From the sequence record PV029745.1: 64,000 bases of DNA. One strand, written 5' to 3'. Shown here in pieces: positions 9,653 to 17,899 of this stretch. Both the position numbers and the translations under genes were made by a program. Positions within the stretch are counted from its first letter, which is position 1. Each line of letters starts with the position of its first letter. The notes below the pieces were generated by a model that saw only the letters and a list, made by a program, of their open reading frames with translations, was not told where the DNA came from and made no database searches.

Positions 9653-9874
9653 ATGAACATCGCGACAATGTTTGTTCTGGCAATACATGTTGGCTGGTTT
9701 GGAATTACATCTACAAAAGAATCGACCATTCATTTTGAAAATAAAGAACAATGCATATCACACTTAGACATTTTGGAAAACAAATACCGTAGACACGAGA
9801 TACTACGAACGGATAACGTTTTGAAAGTTACTGATCATAACGAGCATTCTATTCTTATATTCAAATGTCTTTGA
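9653..9874 (+). CDS. Small hypothetical protein with hydrophobic N-terminus
   Basis: Start moved to the ATG downstream of tRNA-Pro and its terminator. Confidence 0.6.
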   Translation: MNIATMFVLAIHVGWFGITSTKESTIHFENKEQCISHLDILENKYRRHEILRTDNVLKVTDHNEHSILIFKCL

Positions 9875-9883
9875 GAGAAACGC

Positions 9884-10171
9884 ATGGAACACCAAGAACA
9901 AAAAGCGCTACTGAAAGAACCATTACAAAAACTTTATAATCTTACGTTTAACCCTCGTTTACGTAATGGAGCGAAAGCGCCCGATTGGATTCGTCTAACC
10001 GATGAAGTAGTCCTATTCCCAAATGGCTTAGATATTACAATCAACGCCATCACACGTTGTATCAAATGGGAACTTATTGAAGAGACTGTAAGTAATATCA
10101 CTTACGTTGAAGTCATGTTCTTTAATAAAGGTCTTAAAGCGATTGAGTCCTACCTCAAACATACGGAGTAA
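9884..10171 (+). CDS. Hypothetical protein
   Basis: 95 aa, GAGAG SD, co-oriented with neighbours. Confidence 0.7.
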   Translation: MEHQEQKALLKEPLQKLYNLTFNPRLRNGAKAPDWIRLTDEVVLFPNGLDITINAITRCIKWELIEETVSNITYVEVMFFNKGLKAIESYLKHTE

Positions 10172-10173
10172 AT

Positions 10174-10521
10174 ATGAATCATCTAACCCCAACACAAAAC
10201 GCTGTATATTTCACATTTGTTAGTCCTGAGTTTATGAAACTAACTCTTGTTGAATCTTTTGTAGCTATCCACAAGAAACATCCAGAAGTAAAACATTGCG
10301 TTAAGAAAAAGATTAGTGATAATGAAACTCAGTTTATCTTTATCTTCAAAGATGGAACTGACAATCTAATCATCACACGTAAGACCGAACCCTGTCCCGA
10401 ACTGGATAGTCCAGTAGGCGATAGAATTAAGTTGTCTGGTGAAGAACTTAAAAACATTCTCGCCAAGCATGGCCGCCCTAGTGACAGTAACTATTTTAAA
10501 CATTGGACAGATCGTCCATGA
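10174..10521 (+). CDS. Hypothetical protein
   Basis: 115 aa, GGAG SD inside the upstream gene end. Confidence 0.7.
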   Translation: MNHLTPTQNAVYFTFVSPEFMKLTLVESFVAIHKKHPEVKHCVKKKISDNETQFIFIFKDGTDNLIITRKTEPCPELDSPVGDRIKLSGEELKNILAKHGRPSDSNYFKHWTDRP

Positions 10522-10538
10522 TATTAAGAATACCCTAT

Positions 10539-10553
10539 GTATACTAATATGTA
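10539..10553 (+). promoter_or_regulatory. Putative phage promoter (TATG-type) for tRNA-Ile2
   Basis: GTATACTAATATGTA, 13 nt before the tRNA; similar motifs precede other tRNAs. Confidence 0.45.
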
Positions 10554-10565
10554 GGTAATGAATTA

Positions 10566-10642
10566 GGGCCTATAGCTCAGTTGGTTAGAGCAGGCGACTC
10601 ATAATCGCTTGGTCGCAGGTTCAAGTCCTGCTGGGCCCACCA
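10566..10642 (+). tRNA. tRNA with CAT anticodon, most likely tRNA-Ile2 (lysidine type)
   Basis: GGGCCTA/TGGGCCC acceptor; AGAGCAGGCGACTCATAATCGCTTGGTCG body resembles enterobacterial ileX rather than tRNA-Met. Confidence 0.9.
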
Positions 10643-10725
10643 AATTAATAAAGCATAATGCCTCCCCTATTTAAGGGGAGGCATTATGCTGTCTACGATA
10701 ATAAAATAAATATCTGAACCGCAAA

Positions 10726-10740
10726 GGTTATCCTATGATC
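10726..10740 (+). promoter_or_regulatory. Putative late promoter of Kelch gene 1
   Basis: GGTTATCCTATGATC; near-copy GGTTATCTTATGAATC at 12785-12800 before Kelch gene 2. Confidence 0.5.
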
Positions 10741-10767
10741 TAAAATGGTTTACTTGAGAGCACACTC

Positions 10768-11775
10768 ATGTTTGAATTACTATTATCACCAGATATAGGC
10801 GAAGAGTTACCCTTGGTTGGATTTAATGAAATTATTAAATTAGGTGATCTACCTGTAGCGTTAGCTGGTACAATGTCATATGTGGATGGAAATACACTGT
10901 ATGTTGGATCTGGTCATCATACTGAAGGACAAACAGCTGCAACTGTGTTCAGACGTTTTACCATATCGCCATTTGCCGATATAGGTGCAACTGCTTCTGG
11001 AACATTCTTACCAGGGGTATCTTTAGGATTTGGGACATTACATAAGAATAACTTTATTGTTTATGGCGGTATTACTGGATGGAACTCGGCTGGTAATGGT
11101 GGTACGGGAACATCTAACTTTATACAACATTTTGATATAGCTACAGGCAATAGGGTTGAGCGATATAGTGGTCCCGTACCACTTTGGGGCACAGCCTCCG
11201 CATCAGATGGTAATGATCTTATTCTATGCGTTAACCCAATTGGCGTAAACGCAATGCGATTAAAACCATCAAGTAAGTCTTGGCTTAGCGGGCAAGACTA
11301 TTCAGGTGGTGCTCGTTCAGGTCAACAGTTATTCTTTTATAATGGTTACTTTTACCATTTTGGTGGTTGGGATAATACAAAGAACATACCTAATCTTGAA
11401 GTTTATCGATATAATGCAACTACCTTAATATGGGAGCAAACACCTTGGATGATTATACCTGCTGATAAAGGAACAATCTGGCAAGGTAATGGTTATGTAG
11501 ATGGGGACTATTTTAATTACCTTAACGCTGTTGATGTCGGCGGTGTAACTAAAATGTTTGCACAGCGTTTTAATATTAGGCGCCGGAAATGGGCTGAACC
11601 ATTTGAACTAGGTATTGGATTCCTTAATATTTCATCTATAGCCAAAGGTCCAGATAATAGCATGATCATTGCAGGTGGATCTAAAATGCCAGTTGGTGGT
11701 GGAGCATATATGTTAAAAAGCCAATTGTTATCGGGTATCTATCAGGTAAAACTAGCACCATTAGCCATTGATTAA
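10768..11775 (+). CDS. Kelch-like beta-propeller protein 1
   Basis: Repeated blades with GG dipeptide and downstream Y/W (LYVGSG, FIVYGG, FYHFGG, MIIAGG). Confidence 0.75.
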   Translation: MFELLLSPDIGEELPLVGFNEIIKLGDLPVALAGTMSYVDGNTLYVGSGHHTEGQTAATVFRRFTISPFADIGATASGTFLPGVSLGFGTLHKNNFIVYGGITGWNSAGNGGTGTSNFIQHFDIATGNRVERYSGPVPLWGTASASDGNDLILCVNPIGVNAMRLKPSSKSWLSGQDYSGGARSGQQLFFYNGYFYHFGGWDNTKNIPNLEVYRYNATTLIWEQTPWMIIPADKGTIWQGNGYVDGDYFNYLNAVDVGGVTKMFAQRFNIRRRKWAEPFELGIGFLNISSIAKGPDNSMIIAGGSKMPVGGGAYMLKSQLLSGIYQVKLAPLAID

Positions 11776-11849
11776 AATAATAATATTTATAATAAGGTTA
11801 ACTACACGTTATTTACATAATGTCATAAAAAATAAATAATACTCAGATT

Positions 11850-11862
11850 GTAATAATATGTA
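11850..11862 (+). promoter_or_regulatory. Putative phage promoter for the tRNA-Asn locus
   Basis: GTAATAATATGTA; matches GTAATGATATGTA (9203) and GTAATACTATGTA (14699). Confidence 0.55.
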
Positions 11863-11924
11863 GTGAAATACTGTAATTCAGTTACTTGTGATTTTTCTAC
11901 AAGAAAGAAGTTGTTAGTAATTCT

Positions 11925-11951
11925 TCCGCGATAGCTCAGTCGGTAGAGCAA
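11925..11951 (+). pseudogene. 5' half of a split tRNA-Asn gene
   Basis: TCCGCGA-TAGCTCAGTCGGTAGAGC-AA: acceptor 5' strand plus D arm, complementary to TCGCGGA at 12731-12737; no anticodon arm follows. Confidence 0.85.
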
Positions 11952-11969
11952 GCGATTGGATAGTTTTCT

Positions 11970-12056
11970 TGGTAAGTACCCGAGCGGTAGCAGGGGGCGG
12001 ACTGTTAATCCGTTGGCGAAAGCCCATCGTAGGTTCGAATCCTACCTTACCAGCCA
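11970..12056 (+). tRNA. tRNA-Asn (anticodon GTT) with long variable arm
   Basis: TGGTAAG/CTTACCA acceptor, G73+CCA, GCGGA-CTGTTAA-TCCGT, V arm GGC-GAAA-GCC, GTAGG-TTCGAAT-CCTAC. Confidence 0.9.
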
Positions 12057-12061
12057 ATTTC

Positions 12062-12085
12062 AAAGAGTAGCTCCGGCTACTCTTT
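12062..12085 (+). terminator. Terminator-like hairpin after the inner tRNA-Asn
   Basis: AAAGAGTAGC-tccg-GCTACTCTTT; near-duplicate of the hairpin at 12751. Confidence 0.65.
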
Positions 12086-12137
12086 ATTCCGTCACATAGA
12101 TCGAACTAGCGATCTATTTATATATCCTAGGTTCGAT

Positions 12138-12695
12138 ATGAAAGAGAAAATAATTAACGGCTATAGGGCATTATATTTACCCGAACATCGTCAAGCCATA
12201 GCTAACCCTAAAATGTTTGGATGGGTTTACGAACATCGAGTGGTTGGAGAAGACACATTAGGTAGACCACTTTACGATGACGAGGAAGTTCATCATCTGG
12301 ATGAGAATAAGCTTAACAACCATCCAGAGAACTTATTGATTCTCCCTCAGTCACAACACATGAAGTTACATGGTTGGATGAAACGGCTCGGTATTGATCC
12401 TAGGAACTATCCAACTAAGCTTTGTGCTGGCTGCGGTATTGTCATTAGTCACCGACTGATAACATTCTGTAGCCCCGAGTGTTCAGCCAAAGGTCGTCGT
12501 AAGGTGGATCGACCATCCAAAGAACAACTTGCCCTCGATGTTACATTGCTATCACTTGTAAAAATAGGAGAGAAGTATGGAGTATCCGATAACGCTATTC
12601 GTAAATGGTGCCGAGCATACAAGATCAATATTCCGGCTAGGTTTATTAGGGTCGGTGCTAATGGGGGTATTAGCACCTTGGTCCCCACACAATAA
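12138..12695 (+). CDS. HNH homing endonuclease-like protein (HNH + Zn ribbon + HTH)
   Basis: YEHRVV...EEVHHLDENKLNNHPENL...HMKLH; CAGC...FCSPEC; KIGEKYGVSDNAIRKW helix-turn-helix. Confidence 0.9.
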   Translation: MKEKIINGYRALYLPEHRQAIANPKMFGWVYEHRVVGEDTLGRPLYDDEEVHHLDENKLNNHPENLLILPQSQHMKLHGWMKRLGIDPRNYPTKLCAGCGIVISHRLITFCSPECSAKGRRKVDRPSKEQLALDVTLLSLVKIGEKYGVSDNAIRKWCRAYKINIPARFIRVGANGGISTLVPTQ

Positions 12696-12707
12696 AAAAA
12701 AATATAC

Positions 12708-12741
12708 TGGGTCCCTGGTTCGAGTCCAGGTCGCGGAGCCA
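12708..12741 (+). pseudogene. 3' half of the split tRNA-Asn gene
   Basis: TGGGTC-CCTGG-TTCGAGT-CCAGG-TCGCGGA-G-CCA: variable loop, T arm, acceptor 3' strand. Confidence 0.85.
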
Positions 12742-12750
12742 AATTCAATT

Positions 12751-12776
12751 GAGTAGCCATTGGCTACTCTTTTATG
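12751..12776 (+). terminator. Intrinsic terminator
   Basis: GAGTAGCCA-t-TGGCTACTC-TTTTATG. Confidence 0.7.
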
Positions 12777-12825
12777 CCGTTAGTGGTTATCTTATGAATC
12801 ATTAATACTAACTGAGAGCACGCAC

Positions 12826-14682
12826 ATGTTCGAGATATTACTCAGTTCTGGTGCAATGGAGAGAGCTCCATATGTACCCTTTTATATGCGAACCAAGAAG
12901 GTAGCTGACCTTCCAGTGGGTATTGCAGGTCCAATCGTTGCAATGGATAACGATAACTTATATGTAGTTGGCGGTCAAGATTCTACTGGGGCTATCCGCT
13001 CTGCAACTGAAATATTTAAACTATCTGATATGTCGATGACTGTTGGTGGAAACCACGCTAGAACTATTTCCATCAATGGAGCAACTATTTATAATAATAG
13101 AATGCTAATACCAGGCGGCCAATTTTCTACTAATTTAGCTGGTCTTTTATCAACGACAGGTGCATTGAATTTACCTGGGTTAACTAGTGCAGTTGAGTTA
13201 ACGGGACGTTTACCACAGACGTCGTATGGGAATGCTGTATGTCAGCATAGAGGGGACATATATGTTTTACCCAGTTATAAAGCCGGATTCTATAAATTAA
13301 ATCCACTTACTGGCGCGACTCTTGAAAATTATCCAGGATTACCAAGTTTTGATGATGTCGGTGGTGGGATATTAGCAGGTATGTCAATTTTTGGACATGG
13401 AGATTATATCTATTGTTTGGGTGGATGGGCAAATAATCAGAACCTAAGAATACATCGATTTAATCTGATTTCCAAACAATGGGAATTATGGCAGACAATG
13501 GACCCTGCGTATCACCATGTATGGCATGGTGGTTTTATTGATGAGGAAGGTTACTATAACTATACCGGCTGGGGTAACCTCGGTCAAGGTAACAAAATAT
13601 ACCTCCATCGTTATAATCCAGTCAAAAAATCTTGGGCGCGCTCGTCGGATACCGGATTATCATATCGAAACATGTCGGGTGTTATTGGACTAAAAGATGA
13701 TATTTATATTGTCGGTGGTACATCTGAATCATTCTCTACTAATTGGACTAGCACAACAAATAAAATAAAAGAAATCTACAAGGTATCTCGTGCTCCCGAA
13801 AACTGGGAACCTGTCCCAGAGAAAACATGGGTAAGAAAAGCAGACATGCCTGGCGGTAGGGTGCAAGCAGCCGTAGCAAGTACTTATTCAGAACTGTTCG
13901 TTATGTTTGGTAGTGATGGTGCAGTAAAGAATACAAACTTGATTTACGATGTATTTACTGATACGTGGAAAGAAGGACCAGTTAAACCATCCGCACGTTA
14001 TCAATCGGCAGCCACAACTGTCGCCGACCAGATTCTTATTTTCTCTGGTAGTAACTATTCTCCAGACCTGTATTCTTATAACCATCTAGAAGACAAGTGG
14101 AGTGACAGTATATCTGAACCAAACGCACCCACATGGCGGACAAACCACTGCATGACATCTTTTGGTAGATATGCCTATCTTTTTGGTGATGATGGACGTA
14201 CCGATAGAGCTATTTATCGTTATAGTTTAGATGCTGCGGCTGGAAGCAAATGGTATAAATTACCTCAACTTGCTCCAGAAGGATTGGCTAGAGCGGCAAT
14301 GGTTATTGTGAATAATAAACTTTACATTGCCTGTGGTTGGATTAGTTCCAACACCATGACTAAAACCATTCGTGTTCTTGATTTGGTCGCTGGTACATGG
14401 TCTACCATATCTAACGTACCCGCCAGCTTTGTTGCTCGTGTAGGTTGTCTATTAGCTGCGATTGATAATAAACTTTACATAGGTGGTGGCGCTAGTCCAA
14501 GCACTGGATTGAATGATTTCTGGGAATATGATACAGTCAGTGGTGCGTGGACAAGACTCCCCGACATTCCTATAAACGGTGATGCTGCTATGATGGCTGC
14601 ATGTGCTGATACCTTATATATCGCTGGCGGTAATAGGCCAAACGGTGTGAAAGGTAATGAGCTCTACGCATATAGGCCATAA
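12826..14682 (+). CDS. Kelch-repeat protein 2 (probably two propellers)
   Basis: About 12 blades (LYVVGG, IYCLGG, IYIVGG, LYIACG, LYIGGG, LYIAGG) with W.....MP spacers. Confidence 0.88.
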   Translation: MFEILLSSGAMERAPYVPFYMRTKKVADLPVGIAGPIVAMDNDNLYVVGGQDSTGAIRSATEIFKLSDMSMTVGGNHARTISINGATIYNNRMLIPGGQFSTNLAGLLSTTGALNLPGLTSAVELTGRLPQTSYGNAVCQHRGDIYVLPSYKAGFYKLNPLTGATLENYPGLPSFDDVGGGILAGMSIFGHGDYIYCLGGWANNQNLRIHRFNLISKQWELWQTMDPAYHHVWHGGFIDEEGYYNYTGWGNLGQGNKIYLHRYNPVKKSWARSSDTGLSYRNMSGVIGLKDDIYIVGGTSESFSTNWTSTTNKIKEIYKVSRAPENWEPVPEKTWVRKADMPGGRVQAAVASTYSELFVMFGSDGAVKNTNLIYDVFTDTWKEGPVKPSARYQSAATTVADQILIFSGSNYSPDLYSYNHLEDKWSDSISEPNAPTWRTNHCMTSFGRYAYLFGDDGRTDRAIYRYSLDAAAGSKWYKLPQLAPEGLARAAMVIVNNKLYIACGWISSNTMTKTIRVLDLVAGTWSTISNVPASFVARVGCLLAAIDNKLYIGGGASPSTGLNDFWEYDTVSGAWTRLPDIPINGDAAMMAACADTLYIAGGNRPNGVKGNELYAYRP

Positions 14683-14698
14683 AAGAAATACCGGTATG

Positions 14699-14711
14699 GT
14701 AATACTATGTA
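14699..14711 (+). promoter_or_regulatory. Putative phage promoter for tRNA-Tyr
   Basis: GTAATACTATGTA, 17 nt before the tRNA. Confidence 0.55.
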
Positions 14712-14728
14712 AGACTATATCGGATTTC

Positions 14729-14817
14729 GGAGAGATAGGAAAATTGGTAACCCCAGCTGACTGTAAATCAGCCGTCCGTATCGGGCATTACTGGTTCGAG
14801 TCCAGTCCTCTCCACCA
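14729..14817 (+). tRNA. tRNA-Tyr (anticodon GTA)
   Basis: GCTGA-CTGTAAA-TCAGC, long V arm, ACTGG-TTCGAGT-CCAGT, CCA; one A-C mismatch at acceptor pair 7. Confidence 0.93.
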
Positions 14818-14829
14818 ATGCGTCATAGT

Positions 14830-14855
14830 GCTCTCCCTTCGGGGAGAGCTTTATG
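14830..14855 (+). terminator. Intrinsic terminator with UUCG loop
   Basis: GCTCTCCC-TTCG-GGGAGAGC-TTTATG. Confidence 0.8.
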
Positions 14856-14879
14856 TCAACTATTACAAAAGGAAATAGC

Positions 14880-15416
14880 ATGTCAGCATTAAGTTTGATT
14901 AAACGTTGGTCGCCCGCAGTACCTAAGATTCTATTGAGTCCACAGGACACGGTCAATGAGACTAAGATGGTCTTAGATAACGAGAGTGGAGAATATATAA
15001 AGTTTAATGACTTCTTGATCCTCCTTCAAAACGGCGTGTACCTAGAAGCCACCAAAGAGATGCACGAGACTTTGTTAGATGGTAAAGCACAGCAAAGTCT
15101 CATTGCTCGACTCAGTCGCATGGGTTATGAAGACTTTGATCAAGTAATGAAAGTCTTAGAAGAACAGCGTGATTCTGTACTTAAGAAGAAAGAATATGAA
15201 ATCTGGCAAGAAGGACATCGCGCTACTGGTGAATCTAGTATAGCCAGCTTTGTAGGTAAAGCTGAAGGTTATTCTTTCTTAGATGCTGTAGACAACTACA
15301 TGAAGACAGCTAGTGCGGAAGTTAAGAAATGTTTCCGTGCTGAACTAGATGCAGCTTATATTTGGGGCTGTCGTTTGTTTGACAATGAAGCCGACGCACG
15401 TAAATCTTTCGGGTGA
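14880..15416 (+). CDS. Hypothetical protein
   Basis: Start chosen from AAGGA SD; no motif recognised. Confidence 0.7.
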   Translation: MSALSLIKRWSPAVPKILLSPQDTVNETKMVLDNESGEYIKFNDFLILLQNGVYLEATKEMHETLLDGKAQQSLIARLSRMGYEDFDQVMKVLEEQRDSVLKKKEYEIWQEGHRATGESSIASFVGKAEGYSFLDAVDNYMKTASAEVKKCFRAELDAAYIWGCRLFDNEADARKSFG

Positions 15417-15419
15417 CTT

Positions 15420-15590
15420 ATGGTTCCTAATCTTTCTATAAAAGCAATTCATGCTCGTCAAACTCCAGAACAACTTGCTGGCAACCGAGAGAAAACTCTT
15501 GAGGCCCTGGCTAAGTTCAACCAGGCTCAACGTAAACTTGAAGAGCATTGCAAACGCAATGGACTTGAAGTACCAATTATGGTTTGTTAA
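15420..15590 (+). CDS. Small hypothetical protein (56 aa, not in the ORF track)
   Basis: MVPNLSIKAIHARQTPEQLAG...PIMVC; starts 3 nt after the upstream stop. Confidence 0.55.
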   Translation: MVPNLSIKAIHARQTPEQLAGNREKTLEALAKFNQAQRKLEEHCKRNGLEVPIMVC

Positions 15591-15592
15591 TA

Positions 15593-15739
15593 ATGACTGA
15601 TGACAAAAAAGAAAAACAGCATAAAGGGCGACAAGCCCTCAATGTAGTTGGTGAAATCATTGGTGCTGTGTTCGAAGCTATTTGGTGGGTCTTGACCTGC
15701 CCGTTCCGTTTAATCGGTGTACTCTGTACGCTTGATTAA
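15593..15739 (+). CDS. Small membrane protein (48 aa, not in the ORF track)
   Basis: MTDDKKEKQHK then hydrophobic IIGAVFEAIWWVLTCPFRLIGVL; TAATAATG coupling. Confidence 0.55.
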   Translation: MTDDKKEKQHKGRQALNVVGEIIGAVFEAIWWVLTCPFRLIGVLCTLD

Positions 15740-15767
15740 AATAATACCTAGTTGATTACAATATGTA

Positions 15768-16010
15768 ACGAACAAAGTTACTTCATCGAAAGCTACCTGT
15801 AGAAACATCTCACATTAGGTCCAGCAGACTGTAGTATTTCGATGTGACCATTTATAGCACCCGGAAACCAAAGGCTAATAGTGGCAAGCCGATGATTGAG
15901 GGAAGTCGAATGGGCCGCCCATACCGAAAGGTGTCTCTTCAGTTCCACTAACTGTCACCTCACGATGGACATTACGATCAAAAAGAGACTGGTTTTAATG
16001 TCCGATATAC
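15768..16010 (+). ncRNA. Candidate structured ncRNA
   Basis: Follows an AATATGTA motif and ends at a terminator; several helices and a possible pseudoknot. Confidence 0.45.
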
Positions 16011-16011
16011 G

Positions 16012-16036
16012 ACTCTCCGATAAGGAGAGTTTTATG
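16012..16036 (+). terminator. Intrinsic terminator
   Basis: ACTCTCC-gataa-GGAGAGT-TTTATG. Confidence 0.7.
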
Positions 16037-16089
16037 TCGTTTTATACTGGGCTATATAACAGTATGTCAAAGGATGTAAAGAGGTAATC

Positions 16090-16380
16090 ATGACAGCTTT
16101 CATGCCATGTCATACTGAGGCTGATATAGACCTAGCTTCAAGAAATAAAATGTTGTCAGAGCTACTTATAGAAGAATTCCCAAATACAGAAGGGATGTCA
16201 ACTAAAGCAGCAGAAGACTATCTACGGTCTAAGGTCATAGATAAATTCAATATTAACCATCCCGAATATCAAGCACATGTAAGTTACGATTGTACTACAC
16301 GTGGAGATTTCATTACGGCTTGGGTAACTCGAAGACTTGCCCTTGTAAAACTTGCTATAACTACAGAGGATCAATCATGA
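16090..16380 (+). CDS. Hypothetical protein
   Basis: GAGG SD, 96 aa. Confidence 0.7.
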   Translation: MTAFMPCHTEADIDLASRNKMLSELLIEEFPNTEGMSTKAAEDYLRSKVIDKFNINHPEYQAHVSYDCTTRGDFITAWVTRRLALVKLAITTEDQS

Positions 16381-16592
16381 ACGAAAACGCACTGTACCAA
16401 GACGATGGACTTGGCGCACTCATTACGGAAATTTTTAGTCGGGATCTGAATAAGAAATTTCAAGAATGGTATCGTCCGATTATGGATGACCCCAGCATTG
16501 AAAAGGTACCCGTTTGTAGAAACGGTCAGGTTGTAAAAGAACCCGTTAATTTTGTAGCCCTTTTGAAAGAATGGTTAGCTAATCAAGATTAA
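16377..16592 (+). CDS. Hypothetical protein
   Basis: ATGA overlap with the upstream stop, GAGG SD. Confidence 0.65.
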   Translation: MNENALYQDDGLGALITEIFSRDLNKKFQEWYRPIMDDPSIEKVPVCRNGQVVKEPVNFVALLKEWLANQD

Positions 16593-16652
16593 AAACATAA
16601 AGCCTCCCTTCGGGGAGGTTATATGTTATGATTTTGACGAAAGGTAATCGTT

Positions 16653-17591
16653 ATGTTTGAAGTTTTGTTAGGAATTGGGGAATATAAAAGTAAGCAAGGT
16701 TGGGTTCAGCTACAGGGACCCGATGTCGGAAGAAATCAGTCAACATCTGTTGTTGTAGGAGACAAACTTTATATCTTCGGTGGACGCCGTGCCACCACTA
16801 ATGCGTTTAACACGGTATCCGTCTATGACTTCATAGCAGACGAATGGAAAGAACTACCAGCTGGAGCGAACGTTAACCTACGTGCTGCTGGTGGTTTAGT
16901 TGGTAATAAATTTTACGTATTCGGTGGATATACAGGTTCCGCTGATACGAATACAATGGTAGAGTTTACTATTGATGGCGAAACTATCACCCCTGTAACT
17001 CGATCCAATGGTGGATTGGCTGTTCGTAATAGCCACTGCATGTCGGCTATTGATAATAAAGTGTATCTGTTTGGTGGGAACGGTGCACAGGGTATTATGT
17101 ATGAATTTAAAAGCTACAATACCGATAACTTTACAGTAGCTAATCTAACACCACCATACCAAATCCGTTATGCGTCTCTAACTAGTCATGATCGCCGTCT
17201 TTACACGCTCGGTGGATATGAAACCGCTAACACATCAGTTGCCTCATTTAGAAGTTATAATGTTGACAACAACACATGGACTGCCCACAAGAATGGTCTT
17301 GTAAATAGAAATAGACATTCTGCCGTAGCTCTTAATAATAAGATCTATGTATTCGGTGGTCAATCTGGTACGAGCTCTACTCCAAACACTATTAACAACG
17401 ATCATATTTTCAGTGTCTATGATATTGAAACCGATACATGGTCAAACATAATACTTCCTCCGGGTAAGATGCCCCCTACTAGATTCTATGCTAATATGGA
17501 AGTCTACGACGGTAAGATTTATTTATCTGGTGGTTACACGAATGGTGTGTACCACAATGATCTATGGGTATACGATCCAGAGAATCCATGA
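16653..17591 (+). CDS. Kelch-repeat protein 3 (single propeller)
   Basis: LYIFGG, FYVFGG, VYLFGG, LYTLGG, IYVFGG, IYLSGG: six canonical Kelch blades. Confidence 0.92.
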   Translation: MFEVLLGIGEYKSKQGWVQLQGPDVGRNQSTSVVVGDKLYIFGGRRATTNAFNTVSVYDFIADEWKELPAGANVNLRAAGGLVGNKFYVFGGYTGSADTNTMVEFTIDGETITPVTRSNGGLAVRNSHCMSAIDNKVYLFGGNGAQGIMYEFKSYNTDNFTVANLTPPYQIRYASLTSHDRRLYTLGGYETANTSVASFRSYNVDNNTWTAHKNGLVNRNRHSAVALNNKIYVFGGQSGTSSTPNTINNDHIFSVYDIETDTWSNIILPPGKMPPTRFYANMEVYDGKIYLSGGYTNGVYHNDLWVYDPENP

Positions 17592-17648
17592 AAACAAATA
17601 CTGGCGTAGTGATTATATGTAAGGATTAGCGTTAAGCATATTCTACAT

Positions 17649-17734
17649 GGGAACATAGGCGAATTGGTATAGCCAGCTGGTTTAGGTCCAGCCGTCGTAA
17701 GACACTGTGGGTTCGAGTCCCTCTGTTCCTACCA
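17649..17734 (+). tRNA. tRNA-Leu (anticodon TAG)
   Basis: GGGAACA/TGTTCCT acceptor, GCTGG-TTTAGGT-CCAGC, long V arm, T loop, CCA. Confidence 0.92.
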
Positions 17735-17743
17735 TTTCAATAG

Positions 17744-17768
17744 AGCCTGCCGAAAGGCGGGCTTTATG
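17744..17768 (+). terminator. Intrinsic terminator
   Basis: AGCCTGCC-GAAA-GGCGGGCT-TTATG. Confidence 0.75.
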
Positions 17769-17899
17769 TTGCAAATTGTATGATTTAGTCTTTTGGTAAG
17801 TACCTTTAATGGGGGAGGCCTTAGACGGTAAGGGAGTAGGAACGTGAAGTTCTATACAGTCACCCCTCTGTAAACAGTCACTTTTCAATGGATAAAATT

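Larger units (their letters stand above)
11952..12707 (+). mobile_element. Insertion (tRNA-Asn + HNH endonuclease) interrupting a tRNA-Asn gene
   Basis: Lies exactly between the matching 5' and 3' halves of one tRNA; boundaries uncertain by a few nt. Confidence 0.7.

Noticed and set aside
9415-9729. ORFs overlapping tRNAs (9415-9729, 12449-12760, 14768-14956, 17682-17888)
   Set aside because: These are antisense translations of tRNA genes.
12654-12677. GGTGCTAAT/ATTAGCACC hairpin at the HNH 3' end as a further tRNA remnant
   Set aside because: Only one 9-bp stem, with no acceptor or T arm; it may be a processing signal but cannot be supported.
11952-12707. Group I intron interrupting the tRNA
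   Set aside because: No recognisable P/Q/R/S core, and no choice of splice sites restores an anticodon loop; the insert instead holds a whole tRNA and a terminator.
15890-15915. GAGGGAAGTC resembling the RNase P P4 motif GAGGAAAGUC
   Set aside because: No matching 3' P4 strand or other conserved RNase P regions were found.
17793-17804. TTGGTAAGTACC identical to the start of the inner tRNA-Asn (11969-11980)
   Set aside because: No cloverleaf or T loop follows, and 12-mer matches are expected by chance within 64 kb.
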